The notes under the pieces were generated by a model. It worked only from the letters and a program-made list of their open reading frames with translations, was not told where the DNA came from and did no database searches. Below, one piece after another: positions 48,209 through 57,687 of a stretch of DNA of 64,000 bases; within the stretch, counting starts at the first letter, position 1, and every line of letters starts with the position of its first letter. The stretch comes from an uncultured Gammaproteobacteria bacterium. Its GTDB lineage: Bacteria > Patescibacteriota > Microgenomatia > Daviesbacterales > UBA10151. The position numbers were made by a program, and so were the translations under genes. Location of the stretch: assembly GCA_964360965.1 (NCBI GenBank), contig CAYHYM010000001.1:8878-72877 (forward strand). The letters are read 5' to 3'.

Positions 48209-48586
48209 TTAAGATTTCTGTAGGTAGGAGTGTATTTCAGATAAAACCTGGTCAGGATTTAGAGCAGATTTGATCAGATATCCTGAGGCTCCCAGGTCAG
48301 AGCACTGCTTTATCACACCATCTTGTCCCAGATTTGTTAAAATGACAATCTGACCATTATTTTGTTTTGGGGGAGTTATTTTTAAATCTCGCAAAATTTG
48401 CAGTCCGTCTTTTTTGGGCAGCATAATATCCAAAAGCACTAGATTATACCCACCCTGGGAAATTTTTTGTAAAGCCACTTCCCCGTCTGCAGCCACATCA
48501 ACCAGATATCCTTCCCCCTGCAGCAGTTCCTGATAAAATTCCCGCAAGAATTGATCATCCTCAACAATTAAAATTTTTTCTTTCAT
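48209..48586 (-). CDS. stand-alone response-regulator receiver domain protein
   Basis: KILIVEDD...VLLDIMLPKKDG...K CheY-like phosphoacceptor fold. Confidence 0.8.
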   Translation of the reverse strand: MKEKILIVEDDQFLREFYQELLQGEGYLVDVAADGEVALQKISQGGYNLVLLDIMLPKKDGLQILRDLKITPPKQNNGQIVILTNLGQDGVIKQCSDLGASGYLIKSALNPDQVLSEIHSYLQKS

Positions 48587-48665
48587 AAATTATAATGATT
48601 ATAACGCATCGCGTTACAAGAAGCGATGCGATGTAATCGCAGAGCGATTATAACAGTTATAAAAA

Positions 48666-50138
48666 TTACAAAGCAACTGGTTCCAATCCTCTAACCTCTT
48701 CTTTGGGCTTGATATGATATTTTTCAGATTGATCAAGCACATCAGCGCTGGCCACAGGCAAAGAAAAAGTAAAAGTGGCGCCCTTACCCAAACCATCTGA
48801 GAAGGCCCAAATCCTGCCATGCATGAGATTTACCAAACTTTTGCAAATATAAAGTCCCAAACCTGTTCCGCCTGATGTTCCCATGGCTACATAGGAGTTA
48901 TCCAACCTGCCAAATTTGGTAAAAAGTTGTCCCAAATCCTCTTTGGCAATGCCTGAGCCTGAGTCTTTAACTGAAGTTTCAATAATCTGCCCGTCACCAA
49001 AAAATGAGATGCTAATTTTGCCTCCTGAGGGGGTAAATTTTAAAGAGTTTCCCAGCAGATTCAAAAGCACCTGATGCACTTTATTACGATCGGCAAATAT
49101 TTTTGGTATTGGGGTGCTCAAAATTTCAATTGTAATATTTCTCTCCTGGGCTCTGGGTTTTACCTCTTCCATCACCTCATTTACTAAAATGACCATATCA
49201 TACTCTTGCGGGTTTATCTCTATCCTACCCGCTTCAATCCTGGAAATGTTTAACATGTCAGAAACCAGATTAATCAATCTTTCTGTTGAAATCAAGGTCC
49301 TCTGAAGGTATTTTTTTAATTTTTCTGTTAAGGGAATATCAGGTCTGTTTAAGGCCATCCAGATATAGGAACGAATCGCTGTCATGGGTGTTCTTAGCTC
49401 GTGAGAAGTAACAGAAACAAAATCATCTTTTAGTTGATCTAACTGTTGAAGTCTGGTATTTGCAGTAACCAGTTGTCGACTAGTATCTTTTAGATTCTGA
49501 TAAAGAAAGGCGTTATCAAGTGCTCTAGAGACTTCCGCAGTAAACTCTTCCATAATAAGAATTTCTAAAGCTGACAGTTTTTCTTTCTCTTTGGTAGATG
49601 AGTATTCTAAGATTCCTACCACCTCACCTCTTATTAATATTGGGTAAAGAAAAATGCTTTTTAGTCTCCATAATCTTTGAATTTTAGCTGATATTTCTGA
49701 AGGCAAAACTCCTTTTTGAATATCATATAAATTTCTAGTATGTAGAGGCGTTTTATCTAGGACTACTTTGGTGAATAAGTTCTCTGTATTGGAAAGTGGA
49801 ACGATCTGTTCTTTAAATTTTACTGGCAACATATCATGTAAAGTCTGGGTCGAGTCTGAATCTAGAGATATAGCAATTCGTTTTATTATTTGAGCTTCCT
49901 TATCAACTAGCGCAAGGATAGCAAAAGTAAATCCCAGCTCTTTGTGAATTACTTCTACTATACCTTGGTATAAAGATTCAATTTCCGGGCTAGAAATTAC
50001 TAACTTATCTAAGCTTCTTAAAGCTTTTAAAAGCCTATTCTGAGAAGATAATTGAGAATATTTTGAAGCAATAATTCTTATACCCACTAGAGCGGAAATG
50101 ATGATTGTTATAATGATGAACAGAGCAGGTATTACCAC
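48666..50138 (-). CDS. sensor histidine kinase (TM, GAF-like, HisKA, HATPase_c)
   Basis: H-box HELRTPMTAIRSY. N, G1, G2 boxes LGNSLKFT and GTGLGLYICKSLV. Confidence 0.8.
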   Translation of the reverse strand: MVIPALFIIITIIISALVGIRIIASKYSQLSSQNRLLKALRSLDKLVISSPEIESLYQGIVEVIHKELGFTFAILALVDKEAQIIKRIAISLDSDSTQTLHDMLPVKFKEQIVPLSNTENLFTKVVLDKTPLHTRNLYDIQKGVLPSEISAKIQRLWRLKSIFLYPILIRGEVVGILEYSSTKEKEKLSALEILIMEEFTAEVSRALDNAFLYQNLKDTSRQLVTANTRLQQLDQLKDDFVSVTSHELRTPMTAIRSYIWMALNRPDIPLTEKLKKYLQRTLISTERLINLVSDMLNISRIEAGRIEINPQEYDMVILVNEVMEEVKPRAQERNITIEILSTPIPKIFADRNKVHQVLLNLLGNSLKFTPSGGKISISFFGDGQIIETSVKDSGSGIAKEDLGQLFTKFGRLDNSYVAMGTSGGTGLGLYICKSLVNLMHGRIWAFSDGLGKGATFTFSLPVASADVLDQSEKYHIKPKEEVRGLEPVAL

Positions 50139-50152
50139 ACAATTAGTATAAC

Positions 50153-51076
50153 CTATTTTGTTAAGCGTCTTTTTATAAAACCAACTATGTTTTCAGCATG
50201 AGCTTCTTTATTTACATGATTAGGTTTATTTAAGTCAGGAAAAAACCTCCTAAAACTTAAAGGGTGTTGATTTCCCCATCGCATTAATTTTGGCTGTTCT
50301 CCTGTTAAATCAATTACGGTCGAAGAAGCTGCTGCATCAATTTTAGGAGATTTTGGGGGAATTTTGTTAAATACCACAAAACCATCCACTCTTGATCCTA
50401 TCTCTTCATATAATTGGTGCTGGGCTGCTACAGAATAAACATTTTTCCCCGTAGGATTGGCTGAAGTTCCCGCTACGACTTTACCATATCTTGTGGATAG
50501 CTCCCATAAAGTATTATTATAGCTATCATTAGGATCCTGCCAATCACTTGCTCCTAAAACAAGTACAGTCCTACCAAATGGTTTGGCATCTGTTACCTGA
50601 ATAGGTAAAGAATCTTGAGCCATTAGAAGTAGCCCTACTGAATTATTTTCAAAAAGTAATCCTATTACTTGATTTAAATGGTCTTTGGTAGGATTACTAA
50701 TATCTAATAATCTTCTTGCTGCTTCAACTAGCGGTTTTGATTCTTCCGTTTTAGCCACATAATGAGTTGACTCTGGCAAACACCCAATACCTAATACTTG
50801 GCGTTGAGGTCTACCTTTAATTTCATTGAGTGCAGCTGTTGCTAAGGGATTATCAAAAACACCTACCAAAATCATAATCCTCCTACTTTCTGCCCCCCAA
50901 GGCATAACCACTACTCCCCCTGCAGCAATTAAAGCTGCAACCTCTTTTGCATCTTCTTGCCCAGGATGAAAGATTTTACCTCGTCTGCCATCTTTTCTCC
51001 TTTGAGCAATGTATTCTTTGTTTACCTCTAAACTAGCTAAAGCTGCAGGGGCTAGCTTTCGACCAATTTGAACCAT
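50153..51076 (-). CDS. L-threonylcarbamoyladenylate synthase-like (Sua5/YrdC/TsaC family)
   Basis: EIKGRPQRQVLGI, VVAGTSANPTGK and STVIDLT match YrdC-domain motifs. Confidence 0.55.
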   Translation of the reverse strand: MVQIGRKLAPAALASLEVNKEYIAQRRKDGRRGKIFHPGQEDAKEVAALIAAGGVVVMPWGAESRRIMILVGVFDNPLATAALNEIKGRPQRQVLGIGCLPESTHYVAKTEESKPLVEAARRLLDISNPTKDHLNQVIGLLFENNSVGLLLMAQDSLPIQVTDAKPFGRTVLVLGASDWQDPNDSYNNTLWELSTRYGKVVAGTSANPTGKNVYSVAAQHQLYEEIGSRVDGFVVFNKIPPKSPKIDAAASSTVIDLTGEQPKLMRWGNQHPLSFRRFFPDLNKPNHVNKEAHAENIVGFIKRRLTK

Positions 51077-51156
51077 AGTTAAATTTTACAACAAAATCTG
51101 TATTTGACAAAATTTGCTATGTATGCCCATTATAGTATTAGAGGGGGTGATAAAAA

Positions 51157-51486
51157 TTGGATTTATTATGGTATTTTCTGGCAGGATTTTTTCATTTCAA
51201 TGCCCTGCCCCATCTTTTTAAAGGCATCACCGGACAGACTCACATGACTCCTTTTGCCAGGGTGTCATCACCGGTGGTAAATGTGATATGGGCCTTTGTC
51301 AGTTTCGGGATGGCAGCTTTTATTTTGGGAATGGTCACAGGTAAAGGAGGTTTGGTGCTACCCTGGGATGCCAATCTGATGGATCTGAATTTGTTGGCCT
51401 ATTTTGGGGGAGCTTTGGTAGTGGCTTTGTATCTGGCCTGGTTTTGGTCTAATCCCAAAGCCAGACTGCCCTGGCAGACTGACTGA
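51157..51486 (+). CDS. small hypothetical membrane protein
   Basis: GGGGGTGATAA RBS-like sequence upstream. Three hydrophobic helices. Confidence 0.3.
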   Translation: MDLLWYFLAGFFHFNALPHLFKGITGQTHMTPFARVSSPVVNVIWAFVSFGMAAFILGMVTGKGGLVLPWDANLMDLNLLAYFGGALVVALYLAWFWSNPKARLPWQTD

Positions 51487-51502
51487 TTGGTGAACAATCC
51501 TT

Positions 51503-51862
51503 CTATTTTGACATTTTCTTAGAACAAGAAAGGCACAAAGTAGCTGTGGGCATGGCCAGCAGCCTGGCTGTTTCAATATGCTTGGGGCATTTTAAACAAT
51601 GGCCATAAGTGCCATTTTTAATCCTGAAAAGTGCCTCTTTTACATCCTGGGCAAAAGTTTTAAGACCTGCTACCAAAGCAATAGTTCTCAAATGAGCCTG
51701 AGCCAAAAAAGACTCTGTCCCCAACTCAGTGGTTTCGGCAACAGAGGGAAGCTTAAGCGGATCCTCTTTTTCCACGGTTTGCAAGTTTTTCCTGACCTCC
51801 TTTTGACGGGCCAACAGCATTCTTTTAATATTATTTAAAGTTTTTTGGGGTAGTTCTAACAT
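51503..51862 (-). CDS. DksA/TraR-family C4 zinc-finger protein
   Basis: C-terminal CLKCPKHIETARLLAMPTATLCLSC four-Cys motif after a coiled-coil region. Confidence 0.55.
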   Translation of the reverse strand: MLELPQKTLNNIKRMLLARQKEVRKNLQTVEKEDPLKLPSVAETTELGTESFLAQAHLRTIALVAGLKTFAQDVKEALFRIKNGTYGHCLKCPKHIETARLLAMPTATLCLSCSKKMSK

Positions 51863-52733
51863 TGAACCTCCTCAATATTTTAGTCAAACTCCTGATATTC
51901 CAAAAAATAGCAACTGTTTGATTATACCATTTTTTCTGCAAACCCTTTAAAAACCGCTGCCTCTTTTCCCGGCTGGTAAAGATTTCTTTTAACAAAGCAG
52001 CCAGATTTTTAACATCTTCTATTGGTGTTTTCCTGGCAATTTTATAAAACAAAAAAATTGCCAACAAAACAAGTACCAAAGATAAAAAATGTCCGCTACT
52101 CTGCCTAAAAAAATCCATGATAAATTTGGTTCCTCCTATAAAAATTAGTACTAAACTGGCAATTTTGCCCGGAGGATGAAATTGGACGGCTTTTGGCCAA
52201 ATCTTTATCAGTATTATTAAAAAAATCACAGCTTCAAAAAGCTGTACCGGCAGCCTTTTGCCTATCAAACCAACCATGGGAGTGGCAAAAAAAAGGTCGC
52301 TTTGAATCCCTGCCCCGCATCCTCCCAAGAAACAGCCTATATTACCCCAAAAAAGCCCACCCAAAAAACCAACAGATGAAATGTCTAAAACTTTCCCAAA
52401 ATCGATCTTGATCATCCTGCATAAAAAAAACAGCGCTCCTGCTCCACCCCCAAAACCTCCCCAAAAAGAAAATCCCGGGTATTTGGTAATCTGGATCATT
52501 TTTAGAAAATCTGCTTGAAAAAAATTTAAGTGTTCTATAATAAAAAATACTCTGGAAATAACAAGTCCTCCAAAAAAAGTCAGGATTAAAACGTCAAGCA
52601 TCTTTTCTTCATCCATATCCCAGGCTCGGGCCAGCCTCCAGATAAGGTAAGTTGAAAATAAAAATGCCACAGCTAAAAATAAGCCAAAAGAAGAAATGGT
52701 AATTGGGCCAATTGAAAAAAGCACCGGTAACAT
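51831..52733 (-). CDS. lgt: prolipoprotein diacylglyceryl transferase
   Basis: PVLFSIGPITISSFGLF N-terminus, GFSFWGGFGGG and FLGGLFWGNIGCFLGG Lgt-like motifs. Confidence 0.75.
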   Translation of the reverse strand: MLPVLFSIGPITISSFGLFLAVAFLFSTYLIWRLARAWDMDEEKMLDVLILTFFGGLVISRVFFIIEHLNFFQADFLKMIQITKYPGFSFWGGFGGGAGALFFLCRMIKIDFGKVLDISSVGFLGGLFWGNIGCFLGGCGAGIQSDLFFATPMVGLIGKRLPVQLFEAVIFLIILIKIWPKAVQFHPPGKIASLVLIFIGGTKFIMDFFRQSSGHFLSLVLVLLAIFLFYKIARKTPIEDVKNLAALLKEIFTSREKRQRFLKGLQKKWYNQTVAIFWNIRSLTKILRRFNVRTTPKNFK

Positions 52734-52820
52734 AAGTATTGTGGTAATAAAAGCCTACCATACAACCTAATTTGACGCAAATTTATCCTTTGTATTGACA
52801 AAGGTTGGTATACTATCTTA

Positions 52821-53264
52821 ATGACCGCTACAGCACATGCTTTAGTGGGAGGAGCAATTGCCGCATCTATTTCTAATCCCGCTGTTGCCCTTCCCTTAGC
52901 TTTCATCTCCCACCCCATTTTGGACATGATTCCTCACTGGGATCTAGGTGTAGGCTGGAGAAAGAAAAATAAAGTAACTCTATTTTTGGAATCTGTCTTG
53001 GATTTAATAATTGGAATAATTTTGGCCTATTTTATATTTGGTAAAAATGTTGATCCAATCTATTTTTTAGCTTGTATATTCTTTTCTGAAGTTTGGGATA
53101 TCCTGATGATGCCATACCTTCTTTTTGGCTGGAAGAACCCACCTTTCTCAACAACCTACAAATGGCAGCATAAAATTCAAACCAATATTAAACTTCCCTG
53201 GGGAATCTTAACTCAAGCAATCACCGTGGGAGGGGTGGTTTTTGCTTTAAGATTTGTCCACTAA
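52821..53264 (+). CDS. hypothetical membrane protein
   Basis: Four hydrophobic helices. No family assignable. Confidence 0.3.
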   Translation: MTATAHALVGGAIAASISNPAVALPLAFISHPILDMIPHWDLGVGWRKKNKVTLFLESVLDLIIGIILAYFIFGKNVDPIYFLACIFFSEVWDILMMPYLLFGWKNPPFSTTYKWQHKIQTNIKLPWGILTQAITVGGVVFALRFVH

Positions 53265-53832
53265 ACCTTTCTACATATTCCCCTGTTCTCGTGTCTATTT
53301 TTACTTTTTCCCCAACCTTAATAAACATGGGAACTTTGACCATCAGTCCATTATCCATGATGGCATCTTTGAAGACATTGGAAACTGTATTTCCCTTCTC
53401 CCCTGGTCCTGTTTCTGCTATTTCATATACCAGGCTCATGGGTAATTCCATTCCCAGAGCCTCTCCTTCTGATATTATTAAAATCACCTCTAGTCCGTCT
53501 TTTAAGTACTTTATCTGCTCACCTAACGCTTGTCCACCTAATGAGAACTGTTCAAAAGATACAGGATCCATGAAGTTAAATCCGCCAGCTGGCGGATCCC
53601 CATCTCTGTACAAAAACTGGGCCTTTTTCTTTTCTACATCAGCTTCATCTACTCTAGCTCCGGTAATAAAGGAGTTTTCTAAAACAGCCCCTGTACGTAT
53701 ATTCCTGACATTAAGCTTAATATTCCCGGATCCCCGCCCGGTTTTCATATGCTCATAGGTTAAAACCAGGAAAATATCTTTTCCCTCTTTAAAAAACGTC
53801 CCATTCCTTAACTCATTTACATTTAAAGCCAT
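53221..53832 (-). CDS. efp: elongation factor P
   Basis: MALNVNELRNGTFFKEGKDIFLVLTYEHMKTGRGSGNIKLNVRNIRTG. Internal ATG start chosen. Confidence 0.9.
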   Translation of the reverse strand: MALNVNELRNGTFFKEGKDIFLVLTYEHMKTGRGSGNIKLNVRNIRTGAVLENSFITGARVDEADVEKKKAQFLYRDGDPPAGGFNFMDPVSFEQFSLGGQALGEQIKYLKDGLEVILIISEGEALGMELPMSLVYEIAETGPGEKGNTVSNVFKDAIMDNGLMVKVPMFIKVGEKVKIDTRTGEYVERFSGQILKQKPPLPR

Positions 53833-54128
53833 ACACCCTCCTGTCATCCTGAACCCGCCACAGGCGGGTGAAGGATCTAATCTTTGGATTTTAGCATAAA
53901 CTTCCTTCCTATGTCATCCCGACGAATGTCGGGATCCATAAATAATGTGTTTAGTTGGATTCTCCTCGAGTCTGAGCGACCTCGGAGTCGAAGACCTGCA
54001 TTTGCAGGAATGACAGAAGAAAATCCTTAATTCCCTCTCTATCTCTTTTTAACCATTCCACATTGGAATGAACAAGTTTTCTCTTTCTTACCACGATCGG
54101 AGGATATTTGGTATAATTATTTTTTAGG

Positions 54129-54174
54129 CCGAGGTGTTTACACCGAGCTTGCCGAGGTGTTTACACCGAGCTTG
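54129..54174 (+). repeat. two tandem 23-bp copies of GCCGAGGTGTTTACACCGAGCTT immediately 5' of tRNA-Leu, duplicating the tRNA 5' nine bases
   Basis: Units at 54129-54151 and 54152-54174, with the tRNA beginning GCCGAGGTG at 54175. Each unit holds a GGTGT-TT-ACACC inverted repeat. Confidence 0.75.
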
Positions 54175-54257
54175 CCGAGGTGCTGGAATGGTAGACAGGC
54201 CAGTCTCAAAAACTGGTGATGGCAACATCATGAGGGTTCGACTCCCTCCCTCGGTAC
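54175..54257 (+). tRNA. tRNA-Leu (anticodon CAA), class II with long variable arm, no encoded CCA
   Basis: Hand-folded. Acceptor GCCGAGG/CCTCGGT, D arm CTGG-AATGGTAGA-CAG, anticodon stem CCAGT/ACTGG with loop CTCAAAA, 15-nt variable arm, T arm GAGGG-TTCGACT-CCCTC. Close to E. coli tRNA-Leu in architecture. Confidence 0.85.
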
Positions 54258-54382
54258 TCTGTGCGACTATATGACTTCGCTCGAACATATTTTACCAAAA
54301 ATTACTAACGCATTACTAGTCGGCGTCAACCTCAATCTCGTTTCCTACCTCATTACAAACTCCTACCTCAATCTTTCCATAC

Positions 54383-54500
54383 TTCGACTGGTTCGACTAC
54401 TTCGGTTACACTCAGTACAGGTACGCTCACCATAAATTCACTCACCACAAGTTCACTCAGGACAAGTCACTATCGCTTCCATGCTCAGGCTCGCACTTGT
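54383..54500. repeat. GTCGAAG/CTCAGTAC-family element downstream of tRNA-Leu
   Basis: TTCGACTGGTTCGACTACTTCGGTTACACTCAGTACAGGTACGCTCACCA is about 87% identical to 62450-62495, and the reverse complement matches 13235-13274. Confidence 0.55.
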
Positions 54501-54725
54501 GGGCCTTCACTCTCCTTACCTTAACTTTAATTTAATTCAAAGAGAAATTTTCGCCAGCATTTTGTCCTAACTATCTATTGTATTTATTTTGAGTAACTAA
54601 TTTACTTTAGAGTAAATATATTGTGCAATAGATATAAGTCTATGGAATTCCAGTCAACTACAGAACATTTTTAGGATCTAGTCCAAATTAGCATAATTTT
54701 TAATAAAATAGGATATAATCGGCAT

Positions 54726-55535
54726 ATGGGAATTGAAAACAGAAGCCATTTTGGCAGAGAAAGACTACGGATGCCAGATCGTGATTATAGCAGTCATGTT
54801 ATTGGTGATCGATGCCCGCTTTTAGGAGGACCTTCTGTTGAAGAAGATGTTGCAACCTTATGGAGAAACTTAAGATATGGTCGTTTTCTCAAAGAAGAAT
54901 TAAGAAAATTAAGGGAATATTTAAGTCTAAATTCGGGTTTGCCAGATAGTAGTGCTGACTTTAAAGCGGGAACTACTTTTGAGCCTGATGTCTACCCTCA
55001 TGGAACCATTATACTTGCAGGAAGAGAAGGAGACATATATATCACAACCAGAACCAGGGTTAGAAGGGAACCGTACAGGTCGCCTCTCCGAGGACCAGAC
55101 ATTGCTTCAGTTCTTTATGGAAGACCTGACTATTCAAAACCGGAATGGCAAGATAAAGGACTATGGTTAGAAAAAGAAGATTATAACGATAGGCGACTTT
55201 TCCGAGGCAACCATTTTGGAATTATTATTAGATTGCCAAATACTCCCCACAATCAAACAGTACTGCTACAAAATAGCTGGGAGGAAATTATGAAAGGCAA
55301 AGCGGACCTTAGATTTATTGAAGGTCAAGTGCCTATTAGTTCATGGAATCACTTAGTAACTTCGTATCTGGGGCCTGGATATAATCCTGATAAGAAAGTG
55401 TATACCCAAGATGATCTTTTCGATCGCTTTACTGGAATACAGATATTAGAGGTGGGAAAAGGTGTTAAAGAAGAAGTCAGAAGGCCCTTAGGAAGATTAT
55501 CTACCGCTATAAGACGGGCTTTGGGTTCTACATAG
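54726..55535 (+). CDS. hypothetical protein
   Basis: 269-aa ORF. No recognisable domain. Confidence 0.35.
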   Translation: MGIENRSHFGRERLRMPDRDYSSHVIGDRCPLLGGPSVEEDVATLWRNLRYGRFLKEELRKLREYLSLNSGLPDSSADFKAGTTFEPDVYPHGTIILAGREGDIYITTRTRVRREPYRSPLRGPDIASVLYGRPDYSKPEWQDKGLWLEKEDYNDRRLFRGNHFGIIIRLPNTPHNQTVLLQNSWEEIMKGKADLRFIEGQVPISSWNHLVTSYLGPGYNPDKKVYTQDDLFDRFTGIQILEVGKGVKEEVRRPLGRLSTAIRRALGST

Positions 55536-55543
55536 TACAATAA

Positions 55544-55882
55544 ATGAAAGAGGCTGGAGAGTTTCGAATATTCTGTCCTAAGGCTGAACAATTTATGCCT
55601 ATAAATGGTTCCTTTGAAGTTGACTTACCAGCTTTAGCCCGTGGAGAACAAATTTTTCTAGACTGTGACTATATGCGAGATGCTCAACCTGTCAGAGAAG
55701 GGAGATTTGGCTGTCTTAAAGTTAGTGCATCAGAAGTAAACCTTAATGATTTAATAACAGTTAATGGCAGTGTTAATGAAGAAAAAGGAACGCTTGATGC
55801 TCAGCTTAACTGTGGACATTGTGGGAATAATGTAGATCTATCATTTCCATATCAGGATGGTAATACCGATAGCCAGCAGTAA
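55544..55882 (+). CDS. hypothetical protein
   Basis: 112-aa ORF, 8 nt after the previous gene. Possible two-gene operon. Confidence 0.3.
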   Translation: MKEAGEFRIFCPKAEQFMPINGSFEVDLPALARGEQIFLDCDYMRDAQPVREGRFGCLKVSASEVNLNDLITVNGSVNEEKGTLDAQLNCGHCGNNVDLSFPYQDGNTDSQQ

Positions 55883-56265
55883 AATAATTATCAGAATCCA
55901 CCAAATATATTTTCTGGATGATTTTCTTTCCTCAATTGAAGAATAACTAAAAGGTTTCTTTTTCTCTTGCATTTTTAAAATCCATAATTTTTAGGTTAAT
56001 TTTAGCAGAAATTTAGATCAGAAGGTAGGGTAATTAGGGAGATTGGGGAGGTAAGGGAGATTGGCCCTCCTGCGCTGAAGCTTCGGTGGGTAAAGGTGAT
56101 TCAGGTTGTTGGGGTTGTTCAGGGAGATCAGGCGGATTAGATGGATCAGAAGGAGTAGAAGGAACAGAGTCTGATGATTGATTAGGGTCATCTGGCATAA
56201 ATTAAGTATACAACAAAACATTTCCTTCTTGACAAATATTATCAAACTAATATAATGATAATAGT

Positions 56266-56562
56266 ATGAACAGCACAATTTTACAAATCCCTGTTAATAA
56301 AAACCTTCGTGACCAAGCTGCTAGCAGAGCAGAAAGGATGGGTTTTTCTTCCCTTCAGGAGGTAGTCAGATTATTCTTAAATAAAATAGCCTTGGGAGAA
56401 ATTGATGTCAGCTTTGAGCCAACTGTGCAGTTATCCCCTAAGGCAATTAAAAGATATAACAAGATGATAGATGAGATTGAAGCTGGTAAAAATATTACTG
56501 GTCCCTTTACAGATGTAGGTGAAATGATGAAATATCTCCATGAAGGTAAAATTCCACGCTAA
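56266..56562 (+). CDS. RelB/DinJ-like antitoxin
   Basis: Small acidic protein with an RHH-like N-terminus. 3' end overlaps the toxin gene by 23 nt. Confidence 0.55.
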   Translation: MNSTILQIPVNKNLRDQAASRAERMGFSSLQEVVRLFLNKIALGEIDVSFEPTVQLSPKAIKRYNKMIDEIEAGKNITGPFTDVGEMMKYLHEGKIPR

Positions 56563-56806
56563 GTTTATTAAAAATTACCGAAAAAGAATTCTCAGTAATA
56601 AAAAACTTGATAATCAGGTCAAAATAAAAATTGAACAGTTTAAAATTAATCCTAATAATCCTATCTTAAAAGATCATAATTTAACTGGGACAAAGAAGGG
56701 ATTAAAAGCATTTTCACTTACTGGAGATATCAGAATAATTTATAGACCTTCTTCCGACAATGAAGTAGTTTTTATGGATATTGGATCACATAATCAAGTG
56801 TATTAA
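56540..56806 (+). CDS. RelE/ParE-family toxin (mRNA interferase)
   Basis: 88 aa: ...LKDHNLTGTKKGLKAFSLTGDIRIIYRPSSDNEVVFMDIGSHNQVY matches the RelE/YoeB family. Confidence 0.7.
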   Translation: MKVKFHAKFIKNYRKRILSNKKLDNQVKIKIEQFKINPNNPILKDHNLTGTKKGLKAFSLTGDIRIIYRPSSDNEVVFMDIGSHNQVY

Positions 56807-56811
56807 ATAAA

Positions 56812-57012
56812 TTATTTACTCCAGATTCCTCTTTTATTTTTCTTTGCTTCATCTTGGGCTACAAGTAATTCTTTCTGATATATCCAGGGTTTTTTGTGTC
56901 CCGCACCATACGGTACAGGACTATTTTGGTAGATAAGGGAGAAAGAAGTATTTTTAACATGAGGTAGGATATCTTCAAGTAAATTCTCTGAAACTGTAAT
57001 TAATTTAGACAT
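56812..57012 (-). pseudogene. chimeric remnant: repeated MSKLITVSENLLEDILPHVK module fused to a staphylococcal-nuclease-like C-terminal tail
   Basis: C-terminus KPWIYQKELLVAQDEAKKNKRGIWS resembles the end of SNase/thermonuclease. Too short for a functional SNase domain. Confidence 0.35.
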
Positions 57013-57063
57013 ATTTATTATATTACTCAATATTTAGTCTGATTTGCACTATTTATTCTCAAG

Positions 57064-57609
57064 TTGTATTATTCCATCATTATGGTAACTGAAGCTAGAC
57101 CATCAATAGAATTTTTTAGACAAAGCTTAACTCAGCAAAAGGATTTAGTGGTTGCGGGAGAGGTTAGCCGTTCAAGTGAGAACTGGGCAGAATGGAGAAT
57201 GGTTTTTGTAGCTCCAAAGAAACCTGCATATAGTCTAAGAGGAATTCAGGTTGTCTATAATAGATTCTTAAAGCAAGGTTTTAAAGTATGTAACAGCACA
57301 TATCAAGGTCAAGATTCTCTGCATTTGGGAGATATTGAATTTGATGAAGGTCAAATACCACAGGCAAGAAGATTACTTATATCTGTTTATCCAGATGAAG
57401 GTTTAGCAAGAGAAGCTTATGAGTGGGAGGCAGCATGGGTGGAAAGAGGATCTACATTTGAGCAGTTACGTGGGAAATATCGTGCAGAAGGAAGACAGGA
57501 GCCCTATGTGGGTTATGTTCCAAATGATGTTTTAAGAGAAAAATGGTTAAAACACCAAGTTAATCAGATTAAATCTGCTCTAACTTTTTGGAAGAGACCT
57601 GCAGCTTAA
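57064..57609 (+). CDS. hypothetical protein
   Basis: 181-aa ORF. No recognisable domain. Confidence 0.3.
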   Translation: MYYSIIMVTEARPSIEFFRQSLTQQKDLVVAGEVSRSSENWAEWRMVFVAPKKPAYSLRGIQVVYNRFLKQGFKVCNSTYQGQDSLHLGDIEFDEGQIPQARRLLISVYPDEGLAREAYEWEAAWVERGSTFEQLRGKYRAEGRQEPYVGYVPNDVLREKWLKHQVNQIKSALTFWKRPAA

Positions 57610-57687
57610 TATTCACTTCTTCAAAATAATCCCATAGTTTGATATATAGCTTCCTCTTGTATATAATCTCATTCAATAGTTAAACTT

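Noticed and set aside
53850-54000. Short hairpins GTCATCCTGAACCCGCCACAGGCGGGTGAAGGATC and GTCATCCCGACGAATGTCGGGATCC as possible CRISPR repeats or a tRNA
   Set aside because: Only two dissimilar copies with no spacer periodicity. They do not fold as a tRNA. More likely efp terminator hairpins merged with a GTCGAAG-family repeat copy.
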